The notes under the pieces were generated by a model. It made no database searches, had not been told where the DNA came from, and saw nothing but the letters and a program-made list of their open reading frames with translations. Shown in pieces: positions 1-12,200 of a stretch of DNA of 64,000 nt (within the stretch, counting starts at the first letter, position 1; every line of letters begins with the position of its first letter). The DNA comes from Dysidea avara (Eukaryota): positions 27,857,151-27,921,150 of the forward strand of contig NC_089281.1 in the NCBI RefSeq assembly GCF_963678975.1, in the 5' to 3' direction. The translations under genes were made by a program, and so were the position numbers.

Positions 1-206
1 GAAACTTACAGATAACTGTTATATTAGAGTTATTACTGGTGTGATTAGCAGGGATTTTTGTATATTAGGAATCAGCATATTGTCTGTAGCCACAGAGAAT
101 TCTAAAACTTTATTTCACCAACCAACCAAATTATACATGCAAGGGCAAATTAATAAACCACACAATACATTAACTGCCTCATACACAGTTTGATATCAGT
201 TCTCAC

Positions 207-264
207 CTTCTCATCTTCTTTGCTTTCTCCCACTACATATTTCTTGTCACTACGGCATCTTATC
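207..264 (-). CDS. Adaptor gene SH2 domain exon 3: (R)IRCRSDKKYVVGESKEDEK
   Basis: Acceptor acacag, donor gtgaga. Completes the split codon from the previous exon. Resembles SLP-76 SH2 NIQIRYQKESQVYLLG. The remaining C-terminal exon was not confidently located. Confidence 0.5.
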
Positions 265-3200
265 CTGTGTATATATACACCATAATGGTGAGCGTTAACT
301 GGAGTTACGCATGTACCTTAAATGACGAGTTTTTCCTGCATGCCAAATTGATAATGAATAAAATCCTAGTCTCTTCTCTTCAGCTTTTGAGGGGTCTCTT
401 ACTATGAAACAACCATCCTGATGAGAAATACATGTAAATGATTGGAAAAACGTACGCATGTGTGTGTGTGTGTGTGTGCATGCGCAGGTACGTGTCTGTC
501 TGCCCATATGCTTATTGCTTACAGTAGCTTCTTTATCAAGAGCTGCTTCTGTTGCTCTTCGATCAATTTCTCCACGATACCATGGAAACTGTTCCAATGG
601 GTTACTTGGTTTTGCCTGGGTCTGTGGTGGTGGTGCTGGCTGCTGTGAACAAAAAATAAAGCTAAAACTCAAATCCACAATTACTAACTAACACTTTTCT
701 CACCTTAGGTGCATTAAAGTTACTAAGTAGCTTATTACTATTAGGAGCATAAGTATTGCGTCTACCACCGGGACTATCCTATGATGTAATTAACAATTAT
801 ATAATGTATAATTGATAGTGTACTACAATACTCACCACTTTTGGTTCGGGTGCTGGCATTTTGGTTCCTTTTGATGGCCTAGGAGGGAGGTCTGGTTCTG
901 ACGGCTACAGCAACAAATAATTACTAGTATTTACCTCCTGAATTCTCAAATATATGACAATTCTAGTGATGCACAATACACTGTACCTGTATCTCAACAG
1001 TTGAGTGGTTGCGACAGTGTACATGTAATAGTTATACCATGGCCGTGAGGGATTTAGCTGATACATACACCCAAAGCAGGAGGGCTGCAGGCCCAAGGCT
1101 AAGGATGTATGTATCAACAAAATCTGACACAGTCATGTATAAATGATACACACACGCACGTACGCATGCACGCACGCACACACACACACACCTCAAATCA
1201 AAGGAAAGCCAGTGCATATATATATCACATATCGCACTGACTCAAAATGTTAACAAGATATACGCACTGCTACCAGTGCGTATATCTCGTTAACTTGAGA
1301 CATTGCACACCTAATAGGAATGCACACTATATCCAGAAATCATCAGATTTCTTTGATGTTATACTGTTATCCTCTTCACTTATATAGGGAATCAAGCAAG
1401 CTGTGATTGTGAGACTTAATTTTAATACATCAACAGTAGTTTGTTTTTTTTACTTTTTGTAAATGTAGCAATTAAAGTAGCATAATCTCTTAAAATTAAT
1501 AAAATCAAACTACTGTTTGATGTATTAAAATTGAATCCCACAATCACAGTTTCTTTGGAAAAATTCAATCCCACAATCACAGCTTACTTGGTTCCCTATA
1601 TAATAGAAGGGTATAGCAACTAAAGATTTTGCCAATTAGGTGAGTCTACATACTACATATTAGTTATTCCACGGGCACTCGTGCTTTGCCTGTATATACA
1701 CATTCGGGCCTGTGGCCCTCGTGCTTGTGCATACATATCAGGCAAAGCACTCATGCTCGTGGTATAACTATTACTTATAGAACTTTGTGTGGGCGAGATC
1801 AAAGGAAAAGGTGTACTTTAAATTTCATAAAGTACACTCTCAGCCGGCCAACAGTGCTTCATGACCACAAAGAGTGCTTTATTGAACGAATAAAGCACTC
1901 ATTGTGGGCAATAAAGCACAGTTGCCCACGTGCTTTAGTGTAGGTTAATAGCCTGTGGGGCTTGCACCAGTACGACTAATCACCCACGCCGGTAAAGGCT
2001 GATAGCCTCGCCGCGCTGAGTGATCAATCACCCCAGTCAATATGAGTTTTACCACTGGATTACTTTTATAGACATACCTAAATGCTTCGATGATGGGTGG
2101 GAGAAGGTAACGTTGCTGTTACGTTTGTTAGTGTAAATGGACAAGTCCTGGAGATAAAAAATTATTTCACTGTGACTCACAATAGAATCGATTGTGGGTT
2201 GCGAGCAAAACCTGCCAAAATACGCGATGAACGTCTACTATGCCAAACTATGGTGAAATATGTGTGAGTTACTTTGTTAAACTAGTTCGTGTACGTTCAG
2301 GCTGCTAATAGTTCGTGCAACGCGTGTTAATTACGAGTCCTAGTGTATGGTGAAGCTACACAACTAGAAAGTTCCATAAATCATTTAAAGCATAGCCTTG
2401 CTCGTGCTATATGAAAAATAAAGTACTCGGCATTTGGCATCGATGCTAATAAAGCACTCGGCTTCGCCTCGTACTTTATTAGCATCTCGGCCGCGCACCT
2501 CGTACTTTAATTTTCATATAGCACTCGCGGCTATGCTTTAACATATACATATCCCTCTAGGCACACTCACCTGATAGGTGAAAGAACTACAGAGCATTCA
2601 CCCAGTTCCTTTTATACATCAGTATCTAATGATCGATAGTGGTTTTAATTTAAACACAGGTTAAACAGGGTTAACTAATAGGTTGAGGTCTACACATTGT
2701 TGGAATACTCTGTCCCAAGGATATCTTAGCAGGGGCAACAATGCAATGTCAATTAAGCATACTGGTCTGTCAACAAAGAGACAGCTTGTCAACAAAAACA
2801 CATTCTAGTACACATTCCAAGGCTGGCCTATAAATATCACAGAGCAAAAACAGCCAGCACAGTCTTTGTGAGCTGAGCAGCAAGCTTGCAGCAGAATTTA
2901 CTTCTTTACTAACTTCTGAGTATAGTAAGTGTCAAACTAGATCGACCAAGTTTTACTTGCATCTGAGAATGGCCAGCGATGAATATACCTGGCCAGGAGT
3001 ACAGAGTGTAGAAAGGCTAATGTTAAGCATGGGCAGCCATGGACGGGTGGTCATGGCCAGTGTCCAGTGGTAGCAGGCAGACTGCTGTTATACAATCAGG
3101 TGTGACCATAGACGGGTGGTCTTCACAGTCGGTTGCCCGAACCAGGTCTTGTTATACACTTTGTGTAGTGCACAGCTAGCTGCCGGGTGGTACTTAAAAG

Positions 3201-6200
3201 TGTTGCTCTATTCAGGCTCTGCCACTGATTCACTAGAGTTACCACCGATAATTCTAGAGCTGTACTGATAATCGGATCAGCCACCGATATGGCATTTTTT
3301 GCCAATATCGGCATCGGTACAGAACAGTAGGCAGACCGATATCGATATTTATACAGCAATAGTTTGTACATAAACGGATTATACTATTGGTTTTCTATGT
3401 TATCCATGTGGCTGTTCAATGGCAGTGGCTTATTGCTCACTCTACAGCAAGCGCTACGCTACGAGAAGCCATACAAATATGCACAATTCTAGTGTTTGTT
3501 GCTGGAAAGCTTATCAGTCTTAAATGAAACGGTTATTATTATATAGTACCTTTGTAATATAAAAGAACAGTCACAGGATAACCAAGGAAACCTACTGTAC
3601 CAGCAAGCCAATAAAAAGCGGAGTAATGCAGAAATATCCGTTTATGGCTTCATGGGAGTATACATGAAATGTTTGTGGGTGCCTAATTATCTGGATTGCA
3701 CAATAGAAACCCACCACAGGCACAGAGTGAGCAATGAGTATGTCCACATGTTGTAGAAAGGTAAATGTACCATGAAACCACCTAACTTCAAAGGCAAATT
3801 CCAGGGTACATATCTTATAAACCCTGGCTGGCCATGGTACATTTAAGTTAAACCATGGCTGGGTATGGTACATTTAAATTAAACCATGGTTGGTCATGGT
3901 ACATTACATATACCATGGCCTTGATATCTGATGAGGTAACGTTGTTTGTTTTTATAAGAATCCTGGCAGTATTCGATTGTGGGAGTTTATTATTACTCAC
4001 GTGATGAAAACCATGAACCCGATTTTGCATTCTACAGCACTCATACGAAGGCGATTCAACACCCTTACCACCCTATAAGTTGACAAACGGAAGTTTAAGG
4101 TGAGAACTAGTGTCATGGTTAATTTACAATCGCGCGTCCGCGTGTTTGACTACATACCACGCCCACTTTTCGTATATCACGAGGTAACCACTCTACAGCA
4201 AAGTTTACCCTCTGGATGTTTAAAAAACGTTGTAAACAGTGGTTAAACGATGTAGCAACTTTGAAACACTTGTTAAATCGCAAAATTGAGTGTTTCCGTG
4301 ATATTCATGGGATTTGCCCGTTTATGTTAACAAACGTAACTGCAACGTTACTTGCTGCTGACCCACAATCAAATTTTACAAGACTCTCTATATAATAAAT
4401 CCAGCAGGTTGCCTCGTATTGGCTTGGGTGATTGGTCGCCCACCACAGTAGGCTATTAGCCTACATGGTACATATTAGTTGTATCACGTGCCCTCGGGTA
4501 CATGATACAACTATTACATGTACACATTTGCATAGATTATCTATGACTTTTGTTTGTATTAAATGCAAATATCGGATCGACAGTGGGCTGCAGCAAGGGG
4601 TATCAAAAAATGGGGGGAGCTGAACTTGACCATTTATGGCTGCTGTTTACCTTCCCAACTCCCTGCAACTCCTGTCATCAAGCAAACATATCAAGGAGTG
4701 GACCAAGGGTCAAAAGGAAAACGACCAACACTAATTAAGCTTTACACAAAGCACCACAAATATTGCGATTGTGGGATCCGGTAACATTTTGTACTAAAGT
4801 AAGCCTATTAACTTTGCTATTGGGACAGCAAGTTAATATATTAGTTAAGACTACAAGTTACTCGCCTATTTAAATCTAGTTGTCCTCTTTGTGTTGTTCT
4901 TGATCTGCTCAATGGCTGACACATGGTAGATAGAAACACACATCTATGCATTTCTCAAGCAATTATTTTAGTGATTATTCATCGCTTAGTAACTCTCTAC
5001 TAGTCGAAACTTAGCAACTATGCTGAGTCTAGCCTAACTTGTAACCCCAAACCCATAATTAAACGCTCCATGTCACTTAAATATAACAAGTCAAAGCATA
5101 TCATATCTTTAAACTGGTTGGGCATCAAAGCCATGAGCAAACCACATTCCCATGGCAATATGTGAGTTAAACCCCAAGCGGCGCCTTTGAACACCCACAC
5201 ATATATAGTAAATCCTGGTCACCAAAAATTCTCGACTTTATTAACATGTACAGTGACTTGTATTACTATAATAATTTGCATTGCATGGTTATTAAGAAGA
5301 GGGACCAAAATTATGGATTGTATTGGCTTCAATAATCAGGTGGTCTTATTAATGAGGTATGAAGTACACCTTAGCTATGTTTGGGACCTACTTGACATGG
5401 TCACTATAATGAGGTGGTCTTATTAATGAGGTCATGAAGTACACCTTAGCTATGTTTGGGACCTACTTGACATGGTCACTATAATCAGGTGGTCTTATTA
5501 ATGAGGTATGAAGTACTCCTTCCTCCCTCGAACAATTATTCAATGGAACTCCCTCCAAATTCCACCAATAAATTAATGTCTTTTGTGGTCAATATAATTA
5601 TTATCAAACGATGCTAGCTATGTTTGGGACCTACTTGACATGGTCACTATAATGAGGTGGTCTTATTAATGAGGTCATGAAGTACACCTTAGCTATGTTT
5701 GGGACCTACTTGACATGGTCACTATAATGAGGTGGTCTTATTAATGAGGTCATGAAGTACAGTTTAGCTATGTTTGGGACCTACTTGACATGGTCACTAT
5801 AATGAGGTGGTCTTATTAATGAGGTCATGAAGGACACCTTAGCTATGTTTGGGACCTACTTGACATGGTCACTATAATGAGGTGGTCTTATTAATGAGGT
5901 CATGAAGTACAGTTTAGCTATGTTTGGGACCTACTTGACATGGTCACTATAATGAGGTGGTCTTATTAATGAGGTCATGAAGGACACCTTAGCTATGTTT
6001 GGGACCTACTTAACATGGTCACTATAATGAGGTGGTCTTATTAATGAGGTTATGAAGTACACCTTAGCTATGTTTGGGACCTACTTGACATGGTCACTAT
6101 AATGAGGTGGTCTTATTAATGAGGTCATGAAGGACACCTTAGCTATGTTTGGGACCTACTTGACATGGTCACTATAATGAGGTGGTCTTATTAATAAGGT

Positions 6201-9200
6201 TATGAAGTACACCTTAGCTATGTTTGGGACCTACTTGACATGGTCACTATAATGAGGTGGTCTTATTAATGAGGTCATGAAGGACACCTTAGCTATGTTT
6301 GGGACCTACTTGACATGGTCACTATAATGAGGTGGTCTTATTAATGAGGTCATGAAGTACACCTTAGCTATGTTTGGGACCTACTTGACATGGTCACTAT
6401 AATGAGGTGGTCTTATTAATGAGGTCATGAAGTACACCTTAGCTATGTTTGGGACCTACTTAACATGGTCACTATAATGAGGTGATCTTATTAATGGGGA
6501 AACCGTTAAATGAGCCTTCAATGTATAAACTACATTTGCTTACACGTCGAATTTCTCGTGGTGGCAATGATGGAGAACCCTGATGGACTTGTGGGCTGGG
6601 TGCAGCAGGAAACTAGCGATGATGTGACACATGGCAAAGACAACGAAAGAAAAATTATCATACTTTGCCAGGTATTTGTGGAGGTGGATCATAATTCTCT
6701 TCACTAAAGTCCTGAAAGAAATAAAATGACAAAATATACACACACACATGCACACACCTCTTGGTCATTGTTATTATGCATCATGGGTGGCTCATATGTA
6801 TCTTCCTCTATCTGGAGACAGTGATATATAATAACTCACATGTACAACAGCCAACCAAAGCAACACAACCACAGCCCCACCCTTTAGCTCACCAATTGCT
6901 GATGAATATCAGGTGGATCATAATTATCCTCCTGTAGAGACAAGCACAACATTACCAGTTAAGTAATGTTGTCAGGAGCCCATATCCACCTCAGGACATG
7001 TACATATACACTTATAAACACTTATATGCAGGGTCTTCCTTACAGAGCAGCAGGGTGATAAAGCAAAACTTTACCAAGTCTAAAATGGTTGTTGGTTCTG
7101 CCATATGGCAGTCAGTTTAAAGAGGGTGGCCACTAAGTGAAGTTTCACTGTACTAATCAAATCATATACACGGTATATCTTGCGTATGCAAAATACATAA
7201 CACAACAGAGTTGTCACTTACATCAATCGGTACACTTGAAACTGGTGGAGGCATTGGAGGACGCTTGCCAATTGAGGGAGAAACAGCTGGCTGTTTGGCA
7301 CCAAATCGGGATGGCTTAGTGTTACGGTCGGGCAATCGAGGAGCAGAACTATCATCCATCCGTGGCGGTGGCAGCTCATGGCGGCTAGGCAAGGCAGGTG
7401 CATTGTTTACTTTAACTTGTGGCTTGGGACTATGCGGTAAAGTCTTTGCTTTGTAATCAACAGGTGGCTTGCTCAAAGCTGGGTTACCACCCTGCTTCCT
7501 ATCAAAACTACCACCCCACCTAGGTGACTTTGGTGGCTCTTCCTCAGTGCTACTAGCAGAAAACATTTTCATACGATCTTTAATACTCGTTCCACCAGTT
7601 TCTGGTTGATCTGATGCTTCCACAGGTGGCAGGGGTGGCGGCTTAAAACCTTTCTTGTCTATTTTCTGTTGCTTTTCCTCCTCTTTAGCTCTTAACTGGC
7701 GTAATTCAGGAGAGATATCTCCTTCGCCAGATTTAGATGTCTTGCGTTGCCTTGCCCTTTCATACCGGTCCCTCAAATGAGAAGGAATGTGGTCCAACTT
7801 TACTTCTTCTTCATAGTCTGCTGGCTGTTGTGTGCCTTTGACTGGAGCTAGGTTCCGCGGTGGAAGCTGCGGGCTTACATTGTCACTCTTTGTGAAGGCA
7901 GGCTTAACCGGTAGCTTGGGACTGGCAGGTCGCTTCACTGGTTGCTCAGGTACTGCAATAGTAGAAGGTGAATCAAACTTTTTGCCAAAGTTTCCAGAAA
8001 CAGTTTTGTTGTTTGATGAAGGAAGATTGGAGTTTATGTCATGTTTAGGAGCTGCTGTATTGTTTTCAAACATTTTTCGTTGTTCAAAAACCTTCGATGA
8101 TGGTTTGGTGGCAGAAATGTTTCTGCTTTGAGATGTGGGGAGAGCATGTGTATCAGTTTTGATAGGAGCCCTCATCATTGGAGCCTTGGATATAGGCTGC
8201 CGGAAAATAAACACCATTACACATATACAAGGGCAATTTAATTAACAAAAACACACCTAAACACACCACACTAAGCTACTACATGCACACAAACCACCAT
8301 GGTTAACATTCTTCATTTACCCAGAAAAAAGGTAGCCATAGTAAGTCTGGTAACCCTTACTTGTGCGGTTGTCGGCATTGTATCCTTCACTTCAGGAGGA
8401 GGTGGTTGATAAGCTGGAGCGTGCCCTTGAGCCTCTGTGAGATGAACATTAAAAACTATCATTTACAAAACTAATATTGAACAAGCAAGTAAACCAGCTA
8501 AGCCACTCAAGTTTGTATCATGAACCATGCAATTATGTGTTTTATGGTAATCGACTCACCTTCTGGCGGCACATCGTATATGTCATCCTTACAATAGACC
8601 ATGCAATTACAACAGTATGATAACAAATAATGAACTCACCTCTGTGAGTGTTATGGTGGGGGTAAAAGTGGACACATGGGCAATGATAGACATATAAAGG
8701 ATGTTGGGTTAGTAAGGGACACAATCTCTTACCGTTTCCGCCATAATCTTCTTCTTGGGGAGGATAAGAGTATTGAAATTCAGGGGGAACGTCATATACA
8801 TCTCCTTCATCATCATCATCGTATTCGTCCTAACAACAAGTGTGTTAATTGTAATATTAAACACACATACATATACACACACAGAGCAAAGCCTTCAGCT
8901 GCCGTGCTAGCACGGTCACGCCTACCCAGTGAACCAGCACTGGGGCACCTGTGTGCTACTCAGGTGCTAGGAGTCAGCGCAGGCAAATCCTCCTTGGGCA
9001 GGACTAGTAACCTGCAGGAGGCCCACAGGTGAAGGTGTGGCCCACCTGGACCTTCACCTGCCGTGTGAGACATGGACAGTTGATATTTGCTTTCCCAGTT
9101 AATACCAGGTATCCATTGATGTTACAGCTGGGTGGACTGCTTTCCCAGTTGACGCCAGGCAACCAGGTCCCCATTTAAACAGCTGGGTAGACTGGAACAA

Positions 9201-12200
9201 TGTGAGTACAGTTTCTTGCTCATGGAAACAACAACGCCAATTTGGCATAACTGAGCATCGGACCAGGAACCTTTTAATTACCAAGCTGATGCTAGCCACT
9301 TGGCTATGCTGCCTCACTCACACACACACACATGCACACACGTACAGCACACAAACACACACTAAATGCACTACACTACATACAAACACACACGCACTAC
9401 ACACACTGACACACACATGAACTACATACACACACACTGCACACACGTACTACACTATACACACACATACACTCACTAAATACTGCTGTTCTAATGCAGA
9501 CTGTTGTGGAGTATTATCATCCTAATACACACATATTACAACATCATTACACAACAAGACCATAAATTTTTTACCCTCAAACCAAATGCATGAAACTTGG
9601 CCTGTAGCATCCTAATAGTATCCTATGATAAAATATCACATAATCATCCCAGATCACAAGCACATAACACTCACATTTTTCTCATCATGCTGAGGTGGTG
9701 CACCTGTAACAAAGGAAACAATGAGGAGTTGTAAGAGTGAAGCACATCTCACATACCTCCTCCTGTGTCATCGTCAAATCCCTCCTGTTGGGGGAATGTA
9801 CATAATTTATTGTGTAGTGGGTGTGTTTGCGTGTGTGTGCCTTCCTCACATCATCATCGTCATAGTCAGTATCATCGAAAGAGTCATCATAGTACCCATC
9901 ACCATCTTCCTCTTGTCCTACATCATTATATCCTTATTCATAGGGACCAATAAAATATTTTAATTATATTAGAGATGTACCACACCACACCACACCACAT
10001 ACACATGCACACACAACACATTTGTGTGACATACACAAGTACACCTTTCTTGTACAAACCAGTAGATTACATACATACCCATGCTATAGTATGTACAAGT
10101 TGACAGCTAAAAATGAAAGTTTCTCAAGTGAATTAACATATCACCCAACCAGATGAATAGTGGTGACAGTAAACATGTCAACAACAGACACTTGTGGTTT
10201 GGCTCCATTACAAGTTCGGGAATAGGTTGTAATGGATCCTGTACTTTATGGCTTCCCCCCAGAGGAAATGTATGGTGAAAATTTGAATGGCCATAAATAT
10301 TATGTCATGCAGTTGAACAAAAAAATTTTGAAATATTTTTAGTGGGTCAAGCAGTGCTACTAATGAGCCAAATTTCAAGATTGTGCGTAATTCCATTAAT
10401 GAGTTTTTACATGTTTTTGAGGATCCAGCTCAACGCGTACATACTATACAGGTGTGCCCCATGAAGCAGAAACAATTGTTCATGAAATAGCTTTTTGTAA
10501 AGTGTAATTCCGTCAATGAGTTTTTAAAATGTTTTTGAGGATCCCATGCATGTGGACTTGCCCAGACTACTCACACGATTACTCACACGATTACTCACAT
10601 GATTACTCACACGATTACTCATAGTACCTTCATACCTCAGAAAGCTCCAAACTCAAGAAGCACCATCAAGGGAAGCAATTGAAGCCATTAACAGTAGACT
10701 CGAGCAATAGCCCGGGCTTCTATTTGAGACCAGGCGTTTATCTTCCAAAGATGCTGGAACCCCCCTGGATTATAATTGAGACAGGCGTTTAATTGAATGC
10801 GGCTTTTGTACAAAGAAATACGGTACGTACTCCAGTCTTGGTAAAGTAAGTCCTTGATAATTTTACTGGAACACTACTTTTTAGCATACATTAAAGTTTA
10901 TATTCTTCACAGTGGCCAAAAATCCATTGCCCCTTAAGTTATTAAAGTACAAGGAAAAATTAGATTAGGGATAAAAAAAAGTAGCAAACAAGGAAATAGC
11001 TAAAAAGTGGCGAAACAAGGAAACTTCAGTCTATAACAACCATGACTGAATTAGGGATTAAATGTGAACTAGTATATCTGCAGGTGTAGGCAACCTTCCT
11101 TGTTTCACTACTTTTTTCTTTGATCCCTAATCCAACTTAAATTCCTAATTTTTCCTTCTACTTGTTTCTTAACATAATTGACAAATGAACCATCACACAC
11201 CACAGTAAAAGAAAGAATGGCACCAGGAATGTCATAAAAGTAATTTTGCGTCAGAACATGCACCCCAATAATCAATTACATAATGGAAAGGGACAGTACA
11301 TCAAGTAATTATTTACTACATAATTCACCTAAAACACAGCAAAAGGCTCTGCCTGTATGGATGCTTCCCTAAGATACCTACACACATACAAAACACCAGC
11401 TGCCCTATAGTCAAGTACAAGACAAAGCAAAGCCATCGGTGATAAGTACTTTTGTCTTCTGTATAGACTACTCTACTACACACAACCTCTATAACTGGTC
11501 CTAACAGAGCACTACAAGAGAATTTTCAGTTTGACAGGATCGGTGCATAAATACTTCATTGATATATGTATACTGGTGATAATACAAAAACAACATTTTA
11601 CTTGTATAAAAGATATAAATAATAAATCAACACATACGTAGTCGATTGATCAATTACTTGTTCAAATACCAAAGACAGAAATACTGTCATGCACATCTGA
11701 CTTCGGTCACAATATTGTGTAAGCCACTGTATACAAAGCTGTACAAGTATCAAGAATTGCTGAAACAGCTTACAGATATAGAGAGAGCCACTACATATTC
11801 TTGTGTGCAATAATAGTACAAGCCCTTCTGTTACAAACATTTACTCAGCATAACCAATAGCACAGAAGAAGACTAGGAAAGGCAGCGGTGTACCATGCAA
11901 TACATTAGGTACTGCAGTGCTTGTGATATTGTTTTTAAAAGGGACACGCCTGACCTACCAAACCAATGGAATCTGGCCTACAACACGAGCAGGGATCTAA
12001 CCCCGGACATTAGCATTAACAGCTCATCGTGCAAATGTTGGAGTGATTAGGTTTTTGAATCTAAACAGCATTCTTGTGAGGTGTTCAACAAACATAACAT
12101 ATTTTGTGTGCAGATAATTTACATTGCTCCATCCCGTATGCATATGATACATCTTTCATTACACAAACATGCACCACTTGCTGTCAAATATGGCTGCTGC

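Noticed and set aside
100-206. Possible final SH2 exon reading FSVATDNMLIPNIQKSLLITPVITLI* (minus strand, ~175-95)
   Set aside because: Weak resemblance to the SLP-76 C-terminus, but no acceptor in the correct phase could be found after the exon ending at 207, so it is not reported as a feature.
442-691. Plus-strand ORFs of 68 and 77 aa overlapping the SH2 exons
   Set aside because: Antisense to a well-supported SH2-coding exon and partly read through a (GT)n microsatellite.
3592-4030. Two minus-strand ORFs sharing MYH.QPWFNLNVP.PA
   Set aside because: They translate a 35-bp tandem repeat (aaccatgg...ggtacatttaa), so the similarity is repeat-driven, not a protein family.
7211-8131. Plus-strand ORFs (81 and 99 aa) inside the proline-rich exon region
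   Set aside because: Antisense to the 325-codon proline-rich exon. Openness is caused by the compositional bias of the opposite-strand CDS.
8641-8700. Possible additional adaptor-gene exon ending ...ITLTE + gtgagt at ~8641
   Set aside because: A donor is present, but the acceptor and reading frame could not be fixed. It is needed to reconcile phase between exons 8829..8733 and 8587..8560, so the internal gene model there stays unresolved.
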